A stretch of 63,701 nucleotides of DNA, the filler included, from Dugesia japonica (lineage: Eukaryota): the NCBI GenBank assembly GCA_001938525.1. It is 5 parts of 5 records of this genome, joined end to end, with 100 filler letters (N's around TTAATTAATTAA, not from the genome) between each part and the next. Parts side by side here need not be neighbours in the genome. Positions count along the whole stretch, not along the records: positions 53,325 to 63,701 come from MQRL01644106.1; 4 more parts are not named here. The stretch is one strand, 5' to 3'. Shown piece by piece: positions 53,390-63,701 of the stretch. The notes under the pieces were generated by a model that ran no database searches, was not told the DNA's origin, and worked only from the letters and a program-made list of their open reading frames with translations. The translations under genes were made by a program, and so were the position numbers. Numbering within the stretch: position 1 is the stretch's first letter; each line of letters opens with the position of its first letter.

Positions 53390-54400
53390 ACTTACTCCAC
53401 CACATAAAAAAGTGGATTTAATAAATTTAATTTTAAATTAGATAAATTGTTTTATTTCAAATTGACATTTGTTTTAATTAACTATTTTTTGTAAATCTTT
53501 TTGAAACGTTTGAATTTTAAAAAGGAAAATCTTTTAGAGGACAAAATATTATTGCTTTTATAACATTATGAAGGTTCTTGATCTAAATGAACAAGGTAGA
53601 ACCCGAATACGATTCTGTCAAAGAATTATGTCGAGCTTTCAAAGTAAATAAAATTTATACATGTAAACTGAGTAACATGTTTTCTGAACGTGGCACATTT
53701 GATAGGAAACCGGGTTCTGGAAGACTTTATACTATAAATTATGAAAAGAGACTGGCACCAGTGTTGAATGCCATTCGTAATTTCCGCGATAGTAGCCTCT
53801 TCGACATTTCAAAAACTACTGACATCCAAAAGAGCAGCATGCAAACAATTGTTGTAGATGAAAAATTCAGATTTGACCATAGGAAAATGTGCACTCTCAT
53901 AACACATGATCAGAAGGATAAAAGATTGAAGTGGTGCTGACAGCATGAGATACGTGTGTAGATATTTATGAAAAATGGTCCATGCTACATTTGTTCACTC
54001 GCGAAAGATATCATAAAAATAGTCCCATAAAAAAATTCTTGTATTATACAAGGCCAATATCCCGAAAATAATGATACTAACTGCTGTTGCAAAACCGAAC
54101 ATTGAAATGAATTTTAAAGGTCCCGTTGAAATTTGGAGTCATATTATGAAGACCAGGGATCGTCGAAAAATTACAAAGAAGTCGAGGTGTACAAAGTTGA
54201 TAGCACAATCAACTAACTCTTTATGAATTGATGCATAATGGAATCAAGCCTGCAGTCTGCAACAAGTTTTTGTGGAGAGAAAAACCCTTTCCATCTAAAT
54301 GGATATTGCTCGTCTACATGTTGGTAAAAGAAACGTGCAAAATTTAAATAATTTTGGTGATAGTCTAACTCCAATATTCTCTGTTATAAACAAGCTACTG
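53390..54400 (+). mobile_element. Degraded Tc1/mariner-superfamily element
   Basis: HTH region GTFDRKPGSGR...LITHDQKDKRLKWC. The 5' end is shared with 16235. Confidence 0.7.
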
Positions 54401-57400
54401 CTGGTCTAAAGCGTATTAAAGAATATAATTATTTTGTTTTCTTACTGAATTATATCTTTTATCTTATATTAATATTGGATTAAATGCAGCACAATCAATT
54501 ATTATTTTTAGATATTTTCTATTTTCAAAACTTTCATTCATCATTATTTTAGGAGTAATTGTTTTAATCAATGCAATATCTGGATTTATTTTTGTTTCAA
54601 TAAAAATTAATTTCTTGCCAAATAATCCATTTACATGTTGTTTTGTTCTAATTTTCTTCAGATTTTCGATGTCTTTATTTATGTAGATTTATGTTGAATA
54701 TTTAAAACTTCTTGTAATGCTATAGATAATTACAGTATTATATTTTTTTTACCTTTTTTTATTTATCGTTTTAAAACTGATATTCTCGGTAACAACTGTT
54801 TATTTAAGAGTTTAAATAAAACCCATTTCCAACTTGTTATAAATATATTTATTTTTTTTAGTAATTTTAATTAAACATTTTGTTAATTCTAGATCTTGAA
54901 TACTTTTTAAGAAATTTACGTAATTCTTGAGCTTGAAATTGATTTAGATATAAACCTTTTCCTAGGAATAGAGTATATGGAGGCTTCAATTTACCATATT
55001 GTCTCTGGCTTGAATTTTGCAATTTTTGTATTTTTCTAAATTTATTTTAGAATTTTTATTAGAAATCTTTTGTGCTTCTCTAGATATTTAAATTGTTGAA
55101 ACAATTCTTTAGGAAGAAATTCACTTTTGGAATTAATGCTTCTAATTTTATTAAATCTTCTAAAAACTATATCATTAACGTTTTTACAACCCCAATAATT
55201 TTGACCATTTATTTTTATTGATTTTCCCCGCTTAGATTTAATTAATTTTAATAATCTTTCTTCGTCATCTAATATTTTTATTAAATTATATTTTTATATA
55301 TCTGAGAGCAGGTCTATCTGTATATCGAAAAAATCTAAACCTCTATTTAACAACAAATTATTACATGTGAATTTTAGGTTATTAATAATTGGTTCAATTG
55401 CTTGTAGTAAAAATGTTTTACTTATATAAATGCTTTTAACTACTGATTTCACGGATTATAATTTGTTCATCTATTTACCGACAATAAATCAATTTAATTA
55501 ATTAATTTAATCGAATTAATTAAAAAGAACAAAAACATTTTTTTAATTATAAAAAATCAATAGTTTCTTCATAACAGATATATTTTCTCAAAGAAATAAA
55601 CCATTTCAGTAGCGTTAAGGGATAAAGCAGATAAAAATGTATTATATGATTGTTTAAATAAGACTTAAATTGTTTTTGATGTTGTAAATGAAAATATCAA
55701 GTTACTTACATTTTTTATTTTACTAGCGGAATAAGAAGCATTATGAGAAGTTATATAAAAGATAATATACGTTTGATTATTCTGTAAGATATGTGATATG
55801 GTTTTAGGAACTAGTATTGGAGCTGGAGGGGGACCAGGTTTAGGATTAAGCACTAAAAGGATCGCAATTGCAGTTTTACTAATTATAACTCTTACTGCGT
55901 TACCAATTATTAATATTAATTAATGAATAATTAATCCAGGATCGTAAAATATTTTGATATTATCCATGATTTAGAAAATTCTAAAAACAAATTATTTTTA
56001 TTACACAAAAAACGTTTACATGATGATATATTTAGACAGATAAATAAATTCCAATTTCAAACGAAATGATTCCGGANNNNNNNNNNNNNNNNNNNNNNNN
56101 NNNNNNNNNNNNNNNNNNNNNNNNNNNNNNNNNNNNNNNNNNNNNNNNNNNNNNATTTTTCAAAATTGAAAGAGATTAAATAACAAATTTATGAAGTTTT
56201 TGCTACCGGAATTAGAAAAGCAATTATTCAATAATTGTCTAAAGGTTTATGGCACAAGGAATAAAAGTCTTGAGTTAACTGTTTTAACAAGATTAAAAAA
56301 GCATTTCAAAATTATTTAAATTAAGGATTTTTTTAATTAAATAATATTTTTTTATACATTGTAAATTAAAAATTTGAAACAGAAATAATTAAGTTTTATG
56401 AAAAAATGGTGGTCCATTTCGAGATTTGAACCAACCGATATAATACAAAATGAGAATAGTAAAACCAATAGACTTTTCTTTTCATTATCTTTTATATACA
56501 CTTTATACTTTACACACAAAATAGAGTTGTGTTAATTAACATAATTCAAATTTTATATTCTTATTAATTTACGTTTTCTAGAAAAAATTTCATATTATAA
56601 CATGTTTTTATATATTTTTTAACATTCAGAGAAAATTTTGGAAAAATATTTTAGAATCTGTCTAATAATAAAATAAAAGCTTTAGAACGTATTTTTCTGC
56701 AAACCCTTTCGTAGGTATACACATACGTTATCTTATTAATAATTAAATACTCAAACATTAAATAATTAAATAACAAACCACAACAAATAAATATGAATTG
56801 CATAACACGATAAAAACAAGATTAAACTATAATTACTAAGGTAAATTGTAAATTAAAAAGTTCATTTTAAACGTTAATTATCAAATATTTGCACTTTCAA
56901 ATTGCTTTTAAATTGCTTTTTTTTACACAAGTCTTCAATCTTATTATCATTAGAAAGAATTTGTTTGAAACTATGAAAACATGATTCGGCAAAAATGTAT
57001 AAAAAAATTAAAAAGTAGCAAGAAATATATGTAAATATTAACTTATTAACTATTATAAAATGTTTGATGTTTATTAATAATATTTTTTAGATTATAATTT
57101 AATAAAATATTTATTGTAATTGAATATAATTTATTATTAGATTTGTTTAAATAAAAATATTTATTATTAAAATGATGTAGATTAATTAAAATTAATTTAT
57201 TTAATTAGCAAAATGATAATCTTTGTGAAAATTAAATTTAAAAAGATTTTACCATACAATCATTCAAATTCATTATTTTATGATATTTTATATTCAAGGT
57301 AATTTTAAAATTCTCTACAAAATGGTTAATTTTTATTTTAATTAAATTACGAAAATTATGAAAAATATTGATTTTATTACTTGAACATCAGAGTTTTTCA

Positions 57401-57923
57401 AAGATCAACGTTAATCCAAACTATTCAAAGTAAGAAAACCATTTGAAAAACTAATTATTATTTTGAAATAATTATTCAGTTTCTCAATTCTAAAATAATA
57501 CAAATAGATAGCGCCGAAAAATTAATTATTTATATATAAGAAATGGGAAAAATTTGTTATAAATATTTAATCGATTTCATTACTCAGTATAAAATATATT
57601 CAAAATTAATTAATTATTTTTTTATTGATTATGATTAAATGGAATTAAATACATAAATATATCAATTATTACTTCAATTATTATTTCGACTTACTTATTT
57701 TCACTTTTCAGTACATATTACCGATCTAAAAAATTTTTTTTAATTATACTAATTTTCTAATTTTGATTTGTTACTTCAATTTATCCAATGTAAAGTTTTC
57801 TTTAAAATTTCTTCACTGATCGTGAAAAAAATTAATTTATTTTTATTTTCAATTTGAAATTTTCAAATATTTGAGAATAAATTTTGTTTGCCATTGGCAT
57901 TTTCAATAATACTAATTAAAATG

Positions 57924-57924
<1 letters not shown>

Positions 57925-57986
<62 letters not shown>

Positions 57987-58055
57987 NNNNNNNNNNNNNN
58001 NNNNNNNNNNNNNNNNNNNNNNNNNNNNNNNNNNNNNNNNNNNNNNNNNNNNNNN

Positions 58056-58117
<62 letters not shown>
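57925..58117. repeat. (AAT)n microsatellite
   Basis: Direct, with an N gap. Confidence 0.97.
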
Positions 58118-58121
<4 letters not shown>

Positions 58122-58184
58122 TTATAACTATAATCACAGTTGTAATTAGTTAAATTCTTACATTTAAACTAATATTTATTAATA

Positions 58185-58220
58185 GTAACGCGTTTCGAAA
58201 ATAAATCTTCATCTTCAGAC
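58185..58220 (-). ncRNA. Penelope-type minimal hammerhead motif next to an (AAT)n tract
   Basis: Minus strand reads GU-CUGAAGA-U-GAAGA-UUUA-UUUUC-GAA-ACGCGU-U-AC. The core is intact and ACGCGU is palindromic, but stem I is weak. Confidence 0.55.
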
Positions 58221-58339
58221 AAACTGTTTAACTATGAATAAAGTATGTATATTAAAATTCAAATGGACAATAAAAAACTATATTCTACATATTTTATTTT
58301 AAGAAAAGCATATCAACTGCAAACGTGCATACACAAATA

Positions 58340-58850
58340 TCTGATGCTTACAGTTATCAGGCAATAACATAACATATTCGCGAAAATTGATTTTAAAATA
58401 TATTCCTGAAAATTTCTCTCTTCAAAATGCCGCACATTCCAATAGGACATTGAGGATGTCTGAAAACCAAGTGAAAGCTACCAGTAAAGTTGATAGACAC
58501 GCAACGGGTTGTGAAATAGCAGAACAGTTAAAATTATCGAAAACTGTTAGTGAATAATTGCANNNNNNNNNNNNNNNNNNNNNNNNNNNNNNNNNNNNNN
58601 NNNNNNNNNNNNCAATATCTGTGATTTGTTCTTTAAATGTAATCAGACCAATCTATATTTAAGAACTTATAATTGGCATTAAAAAATGGATTGTATAAAA
58701 TATTGTTAAACTCAAATGACCATGGTCTTAGCCCGATAAGCCACCTCAAACAACATCAAANACTGAAACTCATCAGAAAAAGGTCATGTTGTCAAAATAG
58801 TTGAATTATAAGAGAATTGTATATTTTGAACTATTATTAGTTAACAATAC
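58340..58850 (+). pseudogene. Mariner transposase relic
   Basis: LIIGIKKWIV (TGDEKW region) and PDKPPQTTSxTETHQKKVML. Confidence 0.65.
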
Positions 58851-60472
58851 AATTGACTTAAAGGCAATTAAACAATTTAAAATAATAATCTTTTATTATA
58901 TAGAAATTATATATTTTATTATTGAATAATGTATTGATTTCTCAATTTTTATAATTTATGTATTTTAATTGTAATATAAAGTTAAATGAACATTTTCTCG
59001 GTTAATTGTTGCAAAGCATTATGATAAATCTATTTTTTAAATTGTTTTAAAACTTGAAATATTATTTTTATGCTGAAATATTGAAAATAAAAGTACAGCA
59101 ACTTTGATGTTTGCTTGTTAAATAATTGTTTTAAATAAAAAATTATTTGTTGATAAAAACAAATTTATTTATTGGCTGTTCAATGGTTTTTCAAAAAAAT
59201 AAATATAAAAAACAATTTAAAAAAAAGATTCAATATTTTGTTTTTTATCAATTATTTTTATTTTATTATTTTACTATTATTAGTTCATTTATTCAATAGA
59301 AATATGTAATTGTATATTTTATATATTGATATTGAATTTCAACTCAAATAATGAATTAACTTATAAATGCATTTTAAATACTTAAATAGTAAATATTGTT
59401 TAGTTTTGAAATTATCATTTTAATTTTAAATAAATTAATCCAGGGATTTTTAAAGTAAATTAATTTTGAAATTAAATAGAAATTAGCTATAGTTTAAAAC
59501 GAAATTCTTTAAAACCATTTCAGCATTTCGAAATTTAAGTATTATGATAAATGATGCCTATGCAGATACGGAGGATAATTAAGTAAAAATTTATAAATGT
59601 AAAAATGAAATGCAGATTATCGTATTGATTAAATATCAATTAATTTACTTCGAGAAATACTTATAATTTTAAAAAATATTCTTGATCAAACTTCAAAAAG
59701 ATAAATAAATATTTGGAATGAAAATTTCTCATCTATAAATATTATTAGATTTTTATAGACTAGTAATATTGGAAATTTTTCTTACAAATCAATATTTCAA
59801 TATTCCAATTAAAATTAATATTCTAGTGGTTTGTTTATTATGTTTCAAATAATTAGAATCAATACTCCAATATTCCAATTAAAAATTTCTAAAATATTAC
59901 AGTTCATTTTAAGTGTCAGAGTTTTAATTTGTATTAATTAAGCTAATTAATAGATTTCTTAATTGACTTATTTATTTTTAAATAATATTTACAAATGATT
60001 CATTTATTATTTAAACAAAGATTAAANNNNNNNNNNNNNNNNNNNNNNNNNNNNNNNNNNNNNNNNNNNNNNNNNNNNNNNNNNNNNNNNNNNNNNNNNN
60101 NNNNNNNNNNNNNNNNNNNNNNNNNNNNNNNNNNNNNNNNNNNNNNNNNNNNNNNNNNNNNNNNNNNNNNNNNNNNNNNNNNNNNNNNNNNNNNNNNNNN
60201 NNNNNNNNNNNNNNNNNNNNNNNNNNNNNNNNNNNNNNNNNNNNNNNNNNNNNNNNNNNNNNNNNNNNAAAGTATGGTGAGTGAGCTAGAGTTTTATATC
60301 CTAACTTATACAGTTTTAGTACGAAGATTTTTGAAACATGGAAACATGTATTGCCATCGAACCTTTCTTTAAAAAAATAAATCTCATTTGCAGAAATATC
60401 TACATTTCATTTTTTATGTTGATTAGAAAATATTTATCTTGATTTATCTCTATAAAATCTTGAAAGATGATT

Positions 60473-60501
60473 ATAATGATAATAATAATAATAACAACAA
60501 C

Positions 60502-60543
<42 letters not shown>

Positions 60544-60618
60544 TATAATAATAATAATAATAATAATANNNNNNNNNNNNNNNNNNNNNNNNNNNNNNNN
60601 NNNNNNNNNNNNNNNNNN

Positions 60619-60680
<62 letters not shown>

Positions 60681-60699
60681 TATAATCATAATAATAATA
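60473..60699. repeat. (AAT)n microsatellite
   Basis: Direct, with an N gap. Confidence 0.97.
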
Positions 60700-61064
60700 G
60701 AAACTTATCAATTAAAAATTACAGGTGTTAATGATAAAACAGCGGAAATCGTGGTGGTGGTATTCTGATAAACAAATCTAACAAAAACAACTTAAAAACC
60801 AACAACTCCTCTTGTAAAAATCGGAACTACCAAACTCTGCAAAAAATGAAGTATTGCATAGCGGCTCTTCTTCAATCTTGGTACCTCAAACATTCAGATT
60901 TGTTATTCCTATCTAAAGATCTATTATTAAGCATAATTTTCAATAATAATTCGTTCATTATTGATAATGTGTCTTTAAAGACTTTGTAAATGTTGAAAAT
61001 GTGATTAATGTTATTTAAAAAGTTGACTATTGGTTGACTATTAGTAAACAATGGAGTTTGATAC

Positions 61065-61430
61065 TCAAGGTGTGAATTTCACACCTTTAAAATAAACAAT
61101 ATTAGGTGCGTTTTTTATATTTTTTAAAGTAAACAATAATCTTTGACATCCGAGGTGTGATTTTTCATTTTATTATCATTTTTTTAACCATGGGAATTTT
61201 GACACCTGACAAGAATTTTCAAGCATTGTGCGTTATGCACTACCATATAAAAGATATTATTATTATTATTATTTAAATTGTTTTTTTTAATTGACGTGTA
61301 AAATTTCACACCTTATTATTTTTTAATGAAATTTTAATAATTTAATTGTTTTTTTATGGCGTGAATTTTCACACTTTAATGTAAACTGCGAATTTTCACA
61401 CTTTTCAAGTGAACTTTCACACTCTGATTT
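61065..61430. repeat. Cluster of imperfect palindromes GTGTGAA(A/T)TTTCACAC
   Basis: At least 6 copies (about 61068, 61152, 61296, 61358, 61387, 61409) with irregular spacing. Confidence 0.7.
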
Positions 61431-61699
61431 TTACATTTTTTCCCGTTAAAATGGTGAACCTCGAAAATTATTATTTTAATCATGAGAATTTAATTTCTCA
61501 CATAATTCACTATTATTTTTATTTTCATCAATCAATAAAAATANNNNNNNNNNNNNNNNNNNNNNNNNNNNNNNNNNNNNNNNNNNNNNNNNNNNNNNNN
61601 NNNNNNNNNNNTAATCTCCATGATTATAATATGGACAGAAAATATTATCTGGTATTCATAATTGTACATGCTCATTTAAGTTATAATTGACAATTCAAA

Positions 61700-62027
61700 G
61701 ACTCGGAAAAAAGTATTTGAGAGTATTAATTTTCTTTCCATTTACATAAAACAATGCATCATTAGAAATGGCTTGTAGGTCATGGAAAATTTTAATTGGA
61801 ACAAATTTACAATCTCCATCAATTCACCCTAAAATGATGACGCCAGAGCCGTAAGTACTCATTAGTTGTTTGGGCAGATTTTGATAAACTACCTATTGAT
61901 TCTGTTATGGCAAACATGTAATAAAACGGTTGAAGAATATTATCCACATTCATTATACATAATTCTTTAATTAAATAGTCACCATTTTATCCTGAAAGGC
62001 TTCATAACCAATAAAAAACACAGACAT
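61700..62027 (-). pseudogene. Polinton-associated DEDD-exonuclease-like ORF (frameshifted; not in ORF track)
   Basis: MSVFFIGYEAFQDK/GDYLIKELCI...FYYMF...LSKSAQTTNEYL..RHH.G.IDGD matches the D-x-[EQ]-x-F..KEL..F..N.[WY]L...H.L.W..G pattern. Confidence 0.55.
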
Positions 62028-62046
62028 TTTAAATATTTATTGATAA

Positions 62047-62410
62047 TCACATAAATTGTTTATACTGTCTTTTAAGCCATTCAATACAATACTGTTCACA
62101 TAAAAAAGTCAATGGATTCTGATACATGATTTAATTGTATTCGACACGCTGTTGCATACGCTCCAATTTTGTTACCAGCAATGGTGGATAAAACATACCC
62201 ATTGGATCAAATAGGCGAATAATATTTGGTTTAACATGAATAGCAATACAATGCTCACCATCCAAATTTGAGGTATGTGTATTGATTACATAGGATCCGT
62301 TTTGTAAAAAGTCCGGTAATCGTTCCAGTGGATACACTCCTTTAAATCTTCTTCTGCCCAAATCATGTTTCAGTATAGTTTCAATCTGAAAAGTACTACT
62401 AATCAATAAA
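62047..62410 (-). pseudogene. Adenain-like (adenovirus-type) cysteine maturation protease of a Polinton
   Basis: FKGVYPLERLP, YVINT..SNLDGEHC (catalytic His), FDPMG (Asp). Past an in-frame stop at 62131 comes YQNPLTFLCEQYC (Gln/Cys motif). Confidence 0.9.
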
Positions 62411-62475
62411 TTTTCTTTATAAAAAAACAATACATACTTCATGCTATTCAATACACATATACATGTATGTATTGT

Positions 62476-63110
62476 TTATACAACCACTACTCCATTCTTG
62501 GTGATTTGAATTTCCGAATCAAATACTCCATATTCATACATTGTCACTGATTCCGTCAAGGCTTTATGGTATCGCATATCCAACATGAGATTTCTGGTTT
62601 TTGGTAATTGTGATCAACGTTTCTTGCCAAGCATATCGAATTTACACCAAAATTTGAGAATGTCAAACAAAATGAACCGTAATTACAACTTGCTTGATTT
62701 GACGATTGGAAAGCAATCAAAACAAAATTTGGTAATCGTTCGTCAGAAAAAAGATTATCTTTATATTATCTTTGCGAGTTTTTTGTAAAAAATTATAAAA
62801 TGTACGATTTTTTTTTCTAGAAAGGGTAAATTGCATTTTTATGTTCCAATCCTTGACAATATCCAATCATAACCGACTGATCAACACAACCACGTTGCAC
62901 TACCAATTTTGCTTGTATAAAGCATGGTTGTGGATTCATCTCAACTGTTTCTGTACCCTTGGTATATTTGTAAATTACTGAACCCACATTATTCGTCAAT
63001 TTAATTGTCACATTGATTCCCTGGCAACAAATATTTTCGTTGGTCAAAGAAATCCAGATTAAGTGCGCTACAGAGCGTTTTAAGGATGTTTTAATCCAAC
63101 CCTTTCTCTT
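62476..63110 (-). pseudogene. Polinton major capsid protein, C-terminal half (frameshifted, internal deletion)
   Basis: LNLDFFDQRKYLLPG/INVTIKL, AKLVV..V...V..G..QGLEHKNAIYPF, DNLFSDERLPNFVLIAFQ and KTRNLMLDMRYHKALTESVTMYEYGVFDSEIQITKNGVVVV*. Confidence 0.85.
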
Positions 63111-63199
63111 GTCATCTTCTTTAATTACTGTAATTACAAATTACTTTAATTTGTCTTTTGTTTGATTTCATTAAATTCTGTATTTAAGGATAGATATTT

Positions 63200-63630
63200 A
63201 GATATAATTCTATTTAGATAAAAATTATTTAGAAATTTATTTTTTATCAACCTGAAGGAAGCCAGTCTCATTTCTTCGTCTTTCAGCTCTTATTCTTTCA
63301 CCCTTGATTATTCCAATTTTTTTTCTGATGGTATTATTATTACTCCAGGGTAATATATGCCCACTGTGAAATGGTTTCATTTACAGCTGGGTAAGTAATA
63401 ATTCACTAAAATATTTTCTAAAGTAGAATCAGTAACAAAGAAAATATCGTCTATATATCTGAACCAAAGATGTATCTTCTTCTCAGCTTTGAGAACAATT
63501 TTATTTTCAATTAAGTTCATAAAAATTATCGCTAAAATAGGAGACAAATCGTTACTCATTGCCAGACCACATTTTTGTTTAAAAAGTTGTTCACCGATAA
63601 AAATGCTGTAAGAGAATAGATGAATAATTT
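63200..63630 (-). pseudogene. Penelope-like element reverse transcriptase fragment
   Basis: FKQKCGLAMSNDLSPILAIIFM, WFRYIDDIF and a thumb region KPFHSGHILPWSNNNTIRKKIGIIKGERIRA. Confidence 0.85.
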
Positions 63631-63701
63631 TAAATCAACTCAACACAACACAGTTATTTCATCTCAACACACATAGTATATAGAAATATCAAAGCCACAG
63701 A

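Noticed and set aside
55570-55920. Mitochondrial insertion (numt) on the plus strand
   Set aside because: Several TAA stops remain even with TGA read as Trp, and no mitochondrial gene motif was recognised.
61065-61430. CRISPR array
   Set aside because: The repeats are short and degenerate, spacing is irregular, the context is eukaryotic and there are no cas genes.
41744-63110. A single intact Polinton spanning PolB to the capsid/protease block
   Set aside because: A contig spacer lies at 53269, orientations are mixed, there are two different MCPs, and no packaging ATPase or Polinton-type integrase was found. The integrases present are Gypsy-type.

Overview
This is very AT-rich eukaryotic (animal) genomic DNA, repeat-dominated, with abundant (AAT)n microsatellites. 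A free-living flatworm such as a planarian is plausible but is only inference. The window is a concatenation of five contig blocks joined by an artificial N-TTAATTAATTAA-N spacer (12794, 28336, 37991, 53269), so linkage across those points is not guaranteed. The only clear host gene is a MAP1A/1B/1S-futsch family microtubule-associated protein. Its two exons (28707-28962 and 34949->37946) are joined across a phase-2 GT-AG intron that carries an LTR-to-LTR Ty3/Gypsy insertion with a 5-bp TSD. The rest is mobile DNA: four degraded Gypsy copies, one near-complete mariner, several mariner/Tc1 relics, hAT relics and MITEs, a probable piggyBac relic and a Penelope-like RT. Two signals are mostly hidden from the ORF track. 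(1) Pieces of an endogenous Polinton/Maverick (adintovirus-like) virus: protein-primed PolB, two different major capsid fragments, an adenain protease, a small QxGGF core-type protein, a DEDD-like ORF and repeated AGTAG-type candidate termini. (2) Minimal hammerhead ribozyme motifs in short dispersed repeats, including an opposite-strand pair at 10.77-11.0 kb. All protein family calls come from motif recognition by eye; no searches were run.
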